64,000 nt of DNA from Nemertoderma westbladi (Eukaryota; Animalia; Xenacoelomorpha). A program made the translations under genes and the position numbers. Each line of letters begins with the position of its first letter. Positions within the stretch are counted from its first letter, which is position 1. The DNA lies in the NCBI GenBank assembly GCA_032718475.1, contig JAUCBJ010001300.1, forward strand, positions 1 to 64,000, in the 5' to 3' direction. Positions 26,597 through 38,359 of the stretch are shown here, piece after piece. The notes below the pieces were generated by a model that saw only the letters and a program-made list of their open reading frames with translations, searched no databases and was not told the origin of the DNA.

Positions 26597-27069
26597 GCAA
26601 CATCAACAATAGGTCGATTGAATTTCATTAAATTTCAAATTTCCCCCTACAATTACAATAATAAAGTGTCAAAATCGAACCAATGAATGGTTGGCCTCTT
26701 TGGAGCACTTAGTGCAGGGGTGTGTGTGTAGTTGACCAGTAAACAACTGGACGACCACACACACAACTGGACAACCACACACACAACTGGACAACCACAC
26801 ACACAACTGGGCAACCACACACACAACTGGACAACCACACACACAACTGGGCAACCACACACACAACTGGACAACCACACACACAACTGGGCAACCACAC
26901 ACACAACTGGACAACCACCCACACAACTGGACAACCACACACACAACTGGACAACCACACACACAACTGGACAACCACACACACAACTGGACAACCACAC
27001 ACATACCCCAACCCCCATAAAATGAAAAATGATGTGTGTGTGGTTGTCTGGCCACTTTGGGCTTCCGTA
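26597..27069 (-). repeat. Right TIR with the 20-bp minisatellite (about 13 copies)
   Basis: Reverse complement of 21163-21650. Confidence 0.92.
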
Positions 27070-30000
27070 GCTACAGGACTGGTACAGCTAAAAGTAAGCC
27101 CCCGCTAGCAGTCAGTTACCATTCAGTTCTCAGTCTCACACTAGTCTGCTAGTAGAGTACTACTACTAGGTCGAGCGAACTCGGACAACTAGTAGAGTAG
27201 TCATTGGTAGACAGGTAGATCTACTGTAACTTCTGAACTTAACCCTACTGTCAGACTGTATAACCTGTTAACTGACTTCAATTATCCAACTTATTGTAGG
27301 CCATGCCAAGGTGTACTAAATAACTAAATTGGTGTAGGCCTCTCGAATCTCGCCTACAAGACATTAAATTACGGTATGGGTCCGAAACTGAAACTGCTGT
27401 GATATTGATGCGTTTTGAAACTACACAGATGCGCGATCACTAAAGATATTCAGTTACAATTGAATTTTTATTTTCTCATTTTATGAACACTTATAGGCCT
27501 ACTTGACGAAAAATTAACAAAAATATTGCACTTTCATAGGCCTACTGAACATTAACAATAAGGTTTGAACAAACTTATTTTTTACACCGGAAAACTGTTA
27601 ATTTATTATTGTCGCAAAATCGCTGTTGATATAGCGAATTAAGTGCTGGTGTAGGTATTGGAGAGTCATGTGACTCTATAAGGCGCAGAAAGAGTCCCGA
27701 CTCGCAATAACTATAGTTCCGTTTATTTACTTCCGTTTGTAAAACACCCTTCACCTTTCATTGTAATTTATTGCACTGCACTAAAATTGAACCCAAACGT
27801 GTTAGATGTGATGGATGCTACATAGAAACAGAAGATGGAGACACCATAGAAGCCAAAGCTTGAGTGTTGCTGTCACCGGGGTGAGGGGGTGTGTGAACTG
27901 AATAGATCATGTTAGTGGTGAAGTGAGATTTAATGAGCAATCAGTTTTAGTATGATACAGGATTTTGTTTTTGATATTGGTTGGTTGTATTTAAATACTG
28001 ATATTAAATAAAACTGTAGGTAATTATGACTAAAAAAAGAGGTAATTTTTTTATTTATATATTTATTTTAATTATACCATTCTAAAGCAATCCTCTAGAG
28101 TGACAATTCTCTCATGTATTAAAAAATAACAGATTGATTTGTTACACATATTTCAGTATTTTCTTAATCATCACCAGACAGCAGCAATTATTTTTTATTT
28201 GCAATGGAAAAACCACCAATTGTGTGGTGTTACGCTTAATATATGGCGGGATTTCATTCCAAATATGCGGGCCCATATATTGAATAGACATTTAACCACC
28301 CCGTGCGGTGCGAAGTCGTGGGATAAAGAAATTAAGTTTGGAGGAGTTTCTTTTAGAATAATTATGTACTATATTCGATTGACGAAATAGATTACATAAG
28401 CCACTAGGTAAATTGTTAATACATAAAATGAAAGGGTAGGATACCAAGTTGTCGATAAATCAGTATAGAAGGTGCATCTCAGGGAGAAAAAGTTATTGTG
28501 CGCACGATCTTGTTCATTTTTGTGGGATAGTTCTTTTTTTTGAGTTCTTATTATCTATTCATTTTTAGGATAGTTCTTTTTACAGAACACAAGAAAAAAA
28601 TAAACAAAAAATAACACCGGGCACCAACTTTTAAAAAAATTAACAACGCGTTGCTTTTCTATAAGAAAATCCCAGAAATTATCGAATAAAATTGTCGCGA
28701 AATTAAATATTCATATCTTATCAGATCAGGTAGGCCTATCATTTGTTGTGTACTGAAGTACTGTACATATATAGTAATAGCGGGTTAGCTAATAGTGCCT
28801 GTGTACTGGAATAGCTTGGTCTGGGACTGATTGCCGAGGATATGAATTAGGAAGTTAGGCCCGTTACCGTAGGCCTACGTACTGTACATAACGTACAGAC
28901 AGTACGGTACAACACGTCGGTACAACATAGATACCGGTACCTACCTGCCTACTACTGCACTGAAATATAAAGAGATGGGTCCCGGTTAGGTAACTGCAGG
29001 AGTTAGTAAACAGTGAAATTTAAATTTAGCGTTATTTAATAGGTAATGTTATTATCCATTAATCTGCCAAGGAAAGACATTAATTTGACGGATTGAATAT
29101 TAATGTATGTTTCGGGGACGTAAACTAAAGTAAGAGCATTGCGAAAAGGGGATGTGATGACGGAGGGGATTGGTGGTGTAGCGTGTAGACACATCTAATG
29201 TAATGTAATCAATGATATGCAAATGTGAGTATATTGCAATAAAATATTAATATATGTAATCCTAATAATATAATCATATAATCACAGCGTTTTGATTTTG
29301 GGATACACCGCTATGAAAACGCGGTGACAGCGTTGGCACACTGTTACCCCGAGTTGTATCTGTGAGAAACCGGGCTTAACTCTTAACTTTCATTAAACAA
29401 AGATACACTGCCTTTATTAAGTTTTATCATGATAGATCTAAATTAGAAGATAATATATCTCTCATTTTAACTACCGTTTGCTTCATTGGCATTTAAATTG
29501 TAATTCCATTAAAAATAATAAAATTCAGGACCTGCTTTTGCTTTTACATACTGTATTTTAGTTTAATTTTATTTACAGTATCTCCGTTTAATATTGATAG
29601 TTAATATACTAGGGGCCTTCGGTAATTTAAATTAAAAAAATGTATAGGGCCTCGTATTTTCAGATACGGGGGGAGGGATCAATGCTGTGCAGTGCTTTAA
29701 CATTGCATCTTCGTTTTTCACTAATTAGCATACAAACAATACTTGCGCTACAATATCAGCTGCTGACAGGCAGGGCCGCTTTAATGCCTAGGCTTAAAAG
29801 GCTGCATCCTAGGAGCCATGGGTTAACCTTCTAGAGGCCGCTCTGAGACAGCGATAAAATTTGTTTTTTCCAAGATAGTTTGTTGTATTATAATGAAATT
29901 AGATCTGAAAATAAGTTTTAGAAAATTTCATCAAGGTATGGCCGAGATACGGCATGGGAACAAAATGGGAATTTAGCCACTAAAGGGGCAATATGAAAAA

Positions 30001-30159
30001 ATAATTTATAAAATTGTTCAGATTTAATCAGATTTATCATTAATCAGATTTCAGATAATCAGATTTTAATCAGATTTAATTCAGATATAACTATAATAAC
30101 AGCTATATAATACTATTGTATTTTGTAAGATATATATTATATATATATATATAAAAATA

Positions 30160-30402
30160 AAATATATAAATATAATTGTAAGGAAACCAAGATCAACCAC
30201 GTTAAATAAAAATTATAAGAAATTACACAAGCTTTCGAAATAATATAATATTTCTTTTTCAAGTGATTTAAATAATTGAGAAAGAGGAAACTTTATCACT
30301 TGAAAAAGAAATATTATATTATTTCGAAAGCTTGTGTAATTTCTTATAATTTTTATTTAACGTGGTTGATCTTGGTTTCCTTACAATTATATTTATATAT
30401 TT
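30160..30402. repeat. ~108-bp inverted repeat pair with 27-bp spacer, Penelope-like terminal sequence
   Basis: Arms 30160-30267 and 30295-30402 are reverse complements. The arm contains CTTGAAAAAG-AAATA ttatat TATTT-CGAAAGCTTG. Flanked by (TA)n. Confidence 0.75.
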
Positions 30403-31381
30403 AATTTTTGTAACCGGATCCCACACCCCAACGGCTTTGACTTGCTAAATTTATAATCTATATATAAAAATATATATATTATATATATATTATATAATAA
30501 TAACATATTATATTTATATATATATTATATATATATTATATAATAATAACATATTATATTTATATATATATATAATATATATAATAAAAATAAAATAATA
30601 GGAAGGCATTTTATACAACCATGTTCAGCATGATCCGGTCTCTTAAATATAATATTGAGTTGAACGAATTATGTTTTTGACAGACCAATATCAAGCAAGT
30701 AAAATTAATTGGAAACAGAGAAACAACATGTTCCTATCTGTTCAACCGTAAGTAGTCATCGTTTTATTTAACCAGGGACACAAAGCGCAACCCTGTTTAA
30801 ATACTGTAAGTAAAATTATCACATTGGTTACATTTTTGCATGTGTTTAGTCGCCGGGATTTGGCTCATCAGCTACACTAACCCGTGCAGGACACATGTTA
30901 ATCAAACTAACTACACCAAAAACCAGCTAAAAACACACACATACTAAGCAATCATTTACTCCTGGGGCAGGGGATATTTCAATATCTCTATTAAGTTAAA
31001 ACAACACAAGATTGTAGCCGTTCTATATTACTTGAAAGTTGAAAGCCTTTCTTAGTTTTTAAGAAGGAATTCTCGCGCTCTCGTCACCGTTGTTATCATA
31101 TTAAAAACAGTTAAGGTAGCACGGGTTGACCTCAGGTGACTAATGAAATGAATAACAAAAGTTATTACAAGCTTTCTCCCAACAGCTTCTTCAGGTCATT
31201 ATAATGAAACTGCGTATACAGTACAGTATACAGTAACTGCACTGCAGTTTCACTGTTAATTAATCTTATATTATATTATTATTAAATTAATATAATGCAT
31301 TAATCTTGTGATTAAATTAAACTATATTAAATTAAACCTCAGGAACCTCAATGTGATAAATTAATGTGAATAGCTTCTAGG

Positions 31382-31415
31382 CAAGGCGTTCTTAACTAAT
31401 CTTAAGAACGCCTTG
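31382..31415. mobile_element. 34-bp hairpin micro-element with 8-bp TSD (hAT-like)
   Basis: CTTCTAGG|CAAGGCGTTCTTAA ctaatc TTAAGAACGCCTTG|CTTCTAGG. Confidence 0.7.
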
Positions 31416-31979
31416 CTTCTAGGCAACAACCGGCCAGCCCACAAGTATCACTTTGTTGCCCGCATGATATTGTTCCGCGAGAATGCCTCTGCCTCTGTTA
31501 ACTTACCACGAGCTGTCAATCAGGAATACCTCGACGTTTATTTTCTCAAGGAATTCAAAGTGTTGCAAATTACCTCAAAGTAATATTTCGCAAAGAATTC
31601 AAAGTGCCTAAAAACAGGATATCACTTTAAGATTCCCAACTAAAAGTGTCTACAAGAATTCAAAGCGGCCGTTAGGAGTAATGTAATGACGTTTAGACAC
31701 TTTTAGAAAAACTTTGAGAAAATCTCAAAGCACAGATGCACTTTGAGACGTAGAACATATAGGCCATGAGACTTCCAATTAAGTAAATTATCAATAATAA
31801 GACCTAAATAAGTAACTTATTTCTTATATTAATACATACCGATATTTATATAGATAGGCCTACAGTTTTACCGATATTAAGTGAATGAAAGGCGGTTAGA
31901 AGCAAACCACTCAGAGAGAGAGTCAAGGTCGGCATTAACGATTTTATTAGGTTTATGGCAAAGCCATGCGATTTAAATA

Positions 31980-33620
31980 AGACTACAAAACTTACTACAA
32001 ACAGACTACAGAAGCCAAGAATGCAGTTAAGGCTGCATCTAGGTCCCTGAACAGGCAGTACTCTGTTAATCTACAGGAGCTAATAAACCAACAAGCTAAG
32101 GCAGAATCACCAGCCGATCGCCTCAATGGTCCAAAGGCCCACTTTAATAATGACCTCAATAATGACAGGGTATTGCCCGATAACTTTATAGAAGTAAAGG
32201 TGTGTGAGTCTGTACTCCCAGATATTCCCATTGACGATATCTCCTTTGCACAAGTGATGGCTGCTGCAAAGAGCATTAAGACCAATCGTGCCAGTGGAGT
32301 AGATGGAGTACCCCCTGAGGTCTGACCTGAGTGTTTAAAGCTCATCTATCCCATCATAGTAGACATGTACAGAACAACAAGAGTCCCACAAGAAATGAAA
32401 ACAAATAAGTTGGTGCCAGTTCCCAAGAAGGGCAACCTAACACTCTATGGTTCTTTTCGGGGAATCTCATTAATCTCAGGATAATTAAAGAGTTATCAAA
32501 AAAGAAAGACAGGCATCTGGCTGTTATCTTTGTTGACTTCTTCAAGGCCTTTGATTCAGTGTATCGCTCACTTATGTTCAGCATACTTTCATTATATGGG
32601 ATTCCTGATGAAATTATTGCAGCAATCAGATCAGTATACGATGGTTCGAAAAAAAAAAGGTGTCTACTGTTGATGGTAACACAGAACCATTTGAAGTGTT
32701 ATGGGGAATCCTCCAGGGAGCCACACTTGCGCCATTCTTATTCATAATTGTAGTTGACTATGTTCTACGCATGTCCTTAGATCATCATAATGATGATGGG
32801 GTAGTGGTAACTCCACCTACTGGCTCCAGAATTCAAGGAAATCCATCCATGTACCTAACTGATCTAGACTTTGCTGATGACTTAGGAGTACTCTCAGAAT
32901 CACTAGAGGGGGCCCAACGGCTCCTCAGCTCATTAGAACATGCTGCTTATAGTGTTGGTCTTTTTATTAACTCCAAAAAGACCAAAATTTTGACAGTCAA
33001 CTTTGAAAGTCCTCAGCAAGTCTCTGATTGGATGAGCATAAGCTCAAAGAATGGTATGCTTGAGTATGTGGACGAATTCTGTTACCTGGAAGTCAGTTGA
33101 GGACCTTCAAATACGTAAGGGAAAGGCATGGACAGCCTTGAATAGGTTTTCCAGGATTTGGAAGTCACATAGAATTCATCGGAAAGTTAAGGTGCGATTA
33201 AGAGCAGCAGTAGTTCCAGTCTATGGGAGACCATGCTGGGCTCTAACTGCTGAGGACACCAAATCTCTGGATGGCACATTTACAAGAATGCTACGCCGGG
33301 TCCATTGTGTGAAGTACAATGCACACATCTCCAACCAGACACTATACAACATTGGAGGTGTCTCATTGGTTCCCCCAAGCTTGACACTAGAACAAAGCCG
33401 CAGGACATTGCTTTTGCAGTGAGGACCACCCATAGTGCATAATCTTGTGCTTTGGCGATAACCTCATGGAGTGAATAAGCATGGTGGACAGTCCATGACT
33501 TTCTTGAGCATCTTAAAGACACTGGCGTTGAAGATGCGGATGATCTAGCAAATGTCATGGGTGATAGGGAGTTGTGGCGGCGCAATTTTGTTTACAAGCC
33601 GGCACAGCATTCTTAAAAAT
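31980..33620 (+). pseudogene. 5'-truncated, degenerate non-LTR retrotransposon RT (RTE-like clade)
   Basis: Fragments ASGVDGVPPEV, IFVDFFKAFDSV, YGIPDEII, GILQGATLAPFLFIIVVDYVL, DLDFADDL, IRKGKAWTAL, LDGTFTRMLRRV. Multiple stops and frameshifts. Confidence 0.88.
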
Positions 33621-34244
33621 ACAGCTGCAATGCAGCATGCCGATCATAGTAATAGTAGTACATTACGCTCTTTCAAATGGTATATAGATATCAACATATC
33701 TGGTTCTTTAACATTATAAAATTATCAATATTTTTTATCTGGTTCGTTAACATAATAAAATCTAAATGCCTTTAACTTACGTATTGAGTATCTAAATTGA
33801 AAAATATATTTTAAGATATAAATTATTAGAAATGATCGAGGAAGTCAAAAGTTACGGCGTGTCTAATGTTTTTGTTTGGTTTTGGCCACTTTTAGTGATT
33901 TTGACCCAAATATATATTGAATAAACTAAATAACTTCGTGATCGTGACTTTCACAATTTTTGTTTGTACCCGAGGGCAATCCATGGCTATAAGATCTGCG
34001 GCCCGCCGAAATTAAAATGTAATTGCAACCTATAACAGTTTAGAGGATGGTTAAATAAATTATTTATTTTAAATTATCTGTTGTTTTCCCAATGCCGCCG
34101 TATATTGCATTAGTGGGGATGAAAAGTAAAATATAAGAATTACGATTTGATTTTTCTACACACAAAAAAGAGGATTTTACTGAAGAAAATAAATTAGCTT
34201 GAAATTTACTGCAATAAATTATTATTTACGTTAATAACGATTAG

Positions 34245-35624
34245 CTACAAAGTAAAATTCAAATAGCCCAAACACAAAGAGTGATCTCTTGTATCCCCCC
34301 ATCCTCCGTTGGGCTGATGTGAAGAGAACGACAACCCGGGTTCCACGGGACTAAATAAAAGTCTAGAAGGAAATAAACTGGCTTTATATTTCTCAAAGAG
34401 GGCTAGCAACTCTGCGACCCTGTCTCTTGGTTTACAGCCGGTACCACCTTTATGGTGCATCCCGCAGTCCCCTATATGAGCCACCCGGGAGGCCTGAATC
34501 ACCAGCGCCATGAAGGGGCGTCCAGGCCCAGCCAATGAGCAATCGCGACTCATAGCAGCGAGGGTCCAATCCCAGTTGTAATCATCGTAAGTACAGAACT
34601 TATGGAAACACCGAGTTTTTGAGATCGAACGCCATGAGGCTCGACTCAGTATCATACCCATGTTGTGCTGGGTGCTAGACCATATTAGTACGCGTGCAGT
34701 GGAAGAGAGTTGAGAGGAAAAACCGGAAGAGGTGGAATAATCTCCCAACGAAAGGAAATCGCAGGAGGGGCACTCACGATTCCGTAACTCTTCCAGTTTA
34801 ATCGCGATCGGGATAAAATCCGGAAACATATAATGGTCCTCTTCGACTAATAACACCGGCCCAACGAACTCCTTTGTCGGTTCTAACGTCTCGAATACCC
34901 GAGATAACTTCCACATCCAGTGGTGTTTGACTGCTGTGTATGCGGCCTCCCTGTAGTGTCCGTAGGTGTCTGGGTGTTCCGCGTTTAGGCAGCCCAAGCG
35001 CTGAGCTTCCCGTCTGCTCGCGTCCCGCGGACAGTCTTTGGGGTCCGAGTCGGGAAACTCCCCCGGGAAGAGTTGCCGGGAAAACGGGTAGAATATTTGG
35101 AGCACGCGGCAGAAATTAACGTTGGACACGAGTCGGAATATTTCACGGGAGTAAAAATCGTGACTAACGATTAATAAAACATCTTGTACTTGTTGGGAAA
35201 GTCTCAAACTTTTCAGGAATAATTCCAGATACTCGTATCTGTCGTGGACTTGTACGACTACGACTAAACTTAATGGTCGATCTCTAAATAAATCCTGATT
35301 TAATATCCTTTGCTCGCTATTCATAGAGGAGACAATCACACGAAGCTTATGAGTGGTGTCATCCAATGTTTCATGACTTTGTTTTGCGGATTTCGTGTTT
35401 GTAGAAACATTACTTTGTTTATGAGCATTAGGATTATGGTGTTCACCAGAAGTAAGTCGTTCCGCGTTTAACATAGGGTCTTTGAATATCGAACTCGAAT
35501 TGAAACTGTATACTAATAGCACAATGGCAAGTATAATTCCTACCACACACAGCCGCCGAATTAGTTTATTTGATTTCCAACGGGGCATTGTTGTAGTCGG
35601 CGTGTCTTTCTTGATAACGGGCAT
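34245..35624 (-). CDS. MGAT2: Alpha-1,6-mannosyl-glycoprotein 2-beta-N-acetylglucosaminyltransferase (GnT-II), 459 aa
   Basis: Type II TM anchor; VVVQVHDR, LLIVSHD, FPDSDPKDCPRD, PDTYGHYREA, KHHWMWK, EEDH, HNMGM, FCTYDDYNWDWTL, HIGDCGMHHK, NGGWGDTRDHSLC. Confidence 0.96.
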   Translation of the reverse strand: MPVIKKDTPTTTMPRWKSNKLIRRLCVVGIILAIVLLVYSFNSSSIFKDPMLNAERLTSGEHHNPNAHKQSNVSTNTKSAKQSHETLDDTTHKLRVIVSSMNSEQRILNQDLFRDRPLSLVVVVQVHDRYEYLELFLKSLRLSQQVQDVLLIVSHDFYSREIFRLVSNVNFCRVLQIFYPFSRQLFPGEFPDSDPKDCPRDASRREAQRLGCLNAEHPDTYGHYREAAYTAVKHHWMWKLSRVFETLEPTKEFVGPVLLVEEDHYMFPDFIPIAIKLEELRNRECPSCDFLSLGDYSTSSGFSSQLSSTARVLIWSSTQHNMGMILSRASWRSISKTRCFHKFCTYDDYNWDWTLAAMSRDCSLAGPGRPFMALVIQASRVAHIGDCGMHHKGGTGCKPRDRVAELLALFEKYKASLFPSRLLFSPVEPGLSFSSHQPNGGWGDTRDHSLCLGYLNFTL

Positions 35625-35854
35625 TTAGCAGCAGGTCGTTAAATAAGAAAAAATATAAATAATATATATCTTTATTAATAAGTTCAGAAGTTCAAGAGAT
35701 TTATGATAATTCTTACGTTATATTATTGCTGCAGTGCTGAGTACAGTATTAAAAGTTTCTACGCCGTCCCGGTCCCGGACGTATAATTACGGAATTAGTT
35801 ATTACCGGTCAGTCGCAGTCGGAAGGCCCCCCTTCCCGCTCCCGGTATTGCTGT

Positions 35855-36193
35855 TTAACCCCAGGCTTGCGAACGAGAATAATGTAATACAAGTTTACCG
35901 TCACTACCGAAGCACTCGTACAAATTGTCCATAATTTGATCAGGAGCTGGGGCGAAAGATTGATTAGCGTACAAGAAAATTGACTCGCTAGGAGGAACCT
36001 TTAGATATTTGCGTATAAATTCTATTACCCAACCGACTTTCTTAGATTTTTCCACAGCCCATTTCTTTTTCTTCATAATCGGTGCGTCTCCAGCTGGTTT
36101 CAGTAAGACATCGATCTTTGTGCTCGATAACGGTACCGGTACCGGTACAGCAGCAGAATCACTTTCTAACGGTGGTACAGGAGACTCAGCCAT
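35855..36193 (-). CDS. ATG12: Ubiquitin-like autophagy protein ATG12, intronless, 112 aa
   Basis: KIDVLLKPAGDAPIMKKKKWAV...FLYANQSFAPAPDQ...LYECFGSDGKLVLHYSRSQAWG with C-terminal Gly. Confidence 0.97.
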   Translation of the reverse strand: MAESPVPPLESDSAAVPVPVPLSSTKIDVLLKPAGDAPIMKKKKWAVEKSKKVGWVIEFIRKYLKVPPSESIFLYANQSFAPAPDQIMDNLYECFGSDGKLVLHYSRSQAWG

Positions 36194-37702
36194 AGTTGAG
36201 TAGTTTAAACACAGACAACTTTAATCTGGTAATCGTAGTCATTTCATTACTATTCCATTATATGTTATAATTCTGCAGTCTCAATAGGCAGATAGGCCTA
36301 CAGATCAGCATATACTGATATACCTGTATACAGACAGACAGATATAGGCTGGCTTTCGACGCAAACAAAATTCATCCCTCTCCAGGGGAAAATCGACGCA
36401 AATAACAGCTGATTGATTACCAGTCTGCCAGTACTCACAAAAATAAACAGATAAAACTGTAACCTGTTCTATTGACTTTAGTTGAGGGCTGCCTGGTTTA
36501 GGCCTAGTGCTGTAGTAGTGCTTTTGTTAGAATAACTGAATAACGTGACAGTGCCACTGTGTACAGCTTCAGCCTGTCAGCTGTGTACAGGTGTACGTAC
36601 ATATTTTAATTACCGTAATTAACTTGCTTTTACTCTTGTTACTTGTGTATTTTATATTAATTTCTTCATATTTTATATTATTTACGGTATGTACAATCTG
36701 ACAATGCTGCAATGTGTGGGAATTGTTCATTAAACTTAAGCTGTACAGCTGTAGGTATCCCAGTAACCTGCTCCTTTCCATAAATTGAGAATTTAACATT
36801 GACTGATTGAGGTCAAATATTAATTCGCCGAGATGGGATTTGCTTGCGTCCAGTTTCCTCCCTGTCAGGTCAGCCTGTCACCAGATCAGAATCAGATATC
36901 TGGATATGGTCAGATGGTGGTAGGCTCAAGGCCTACTAAAAGAGTACCGGTACTTTAGTAGGCCTTGGCTGGAGTAGGCTACACTCACTGACTCAAGGCC
37001 TACTAAAACTACTACCGGTACTCTTTTTAGCTGTTTAGTACAGCACAGTGCAGTAGCACTGTAGTAGCTGAGTAGGCCTTGGCTACACTACTGACTACTG
37101 GACTAGAGTTCAGTACCAGAGTACCTGGAGTATTGTGTACTGGCAGACTGGAGTAGGCAGGTGCAGGTACAGACAGAGGTAGGGTTGTGGCCTTGGCAGC
37201 TTGGGCATAACTGTTATACACACACGGCAACACGGGACTACGGGAAGGCCTATAGGTTCGGTATTACAGTATTTTACTCAGCCAAGACTGCAATACGTGG
37301 CTGATTCCGCATATATCTTTCAGCAAATAAATCATGTATAACTACTTCGGCCTGCGGCGGCGGCCTCAGTAGTTATACGATTTATTTGCTTCATGTTTTA
37401 TAACCGTATGCGTATATCACCTTCTGGGACAGGCGATAATCTCTGTGTATCATATAGCATAGCATACATGCGGTATTTTTATTCGATAATTGTTTTAACT
37501 GAACTTCGCAGTTAATTATTACCCTTAAAAAATTAATTTTAGCAGCCGTACATGTACATACCTATCTGCCTGTGTACCAGAGTACTACAGGCGCGTTGAA
37601 AAAAATCCTGATGCGCAGCGTATCCCTCCGTCTAGCTTGTTGAAGGCAATTAGTGAAGCTCCTGTGAAGATGGGTCTAATGGAGGCTGAGATCTCTCCAG
37701 GA

Positions 37703-38145
37703 GGGGCCGGTTGCATATAACAACCTTAACTTTAAGTGGCTACTTAAATTTAAGTTAAGGTTGACTCAAATTTAAGTGGGTTTGCATACAATTTTATTGC
37801 AAACTTTAATTCCGACTTAAAATCAAAATTTTAAGGCAGCCTCCTACATACCTTAACTACACTGAAACTGCCTACTAACTACACTGAATGCTTTCATTAT
37901 TATTAAAGGCTTTTGAGCAGGAAAGTGATAGGCCTACCAATTTAATTTCATTAGAATTTGTTGAAGGTCATAAGAGATTGGCAAGCTAAAGATTTCCCCA
38001 TGCCTACAGTTAGTACTGTATGCCTACTTATCCCTCTATACAGATACAGTATGTAGATATATTTTATTGCTTGTGTTCTCAGGTAAAAGACAGATAACAA
38101 TTTTATTACCACTTTAGAAGGATTATATCATAAATAGTTTATTCC
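37703..38145 (+). mobile_element. DNA transposon fragment (Harbinger-like end); related copy in opposite orientation at 58720-59410
   Basis: Ends GGGGCCGGTTGCATATAACAACCTTAA (37703) and GGGGTCAGTTTCATAAAACAACCTTAG (58721). Segment 38060-38140 is the reverse complement of 59290-59370. Confidence 0.55.
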
Positions 38146-38359
38146 ATAAAATATTGGACTGATTATTTTTTGATGGGCTTTCTCTGTAATGATCTAAAAA
38201 ATATATTATTATTTTTGTGTGTCCTTAGTATTGCCTACATTTTTTCACTGAGGCATTAACAAGGTAAATAAATTAAACATTTTTATTATATTAAATTACT
38301 ATTTTTCAATATTAAAATCAAAATGTGAGACAGGGGGGAAACTGGACGCAAATACCATG

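Larger units (their letters stand above)
21163..27069. mobile_element. IS3EU-like DNA transposon (5.9 kb) with long TIRs, DDE transposase and HECT E3 ligase gene
   Basis: 6-bp TSD GCTACA at 21157-21162 and 27070-27075. Termini TACCGAAGCCCAAAGTGGCCAGAC...GTCTGGCCACTTTGGGCTTCCGTA (TAY..RTA type). Integrase-core transposase inside. Confidence 0.88.

Noticed and set aside
21177-27055. Cys/Val-rich and Thr/His-rich ORFs at 21177-21585 and 26653-27055
   Set aside because: Translations of the 20-bp TIR minisatellite.
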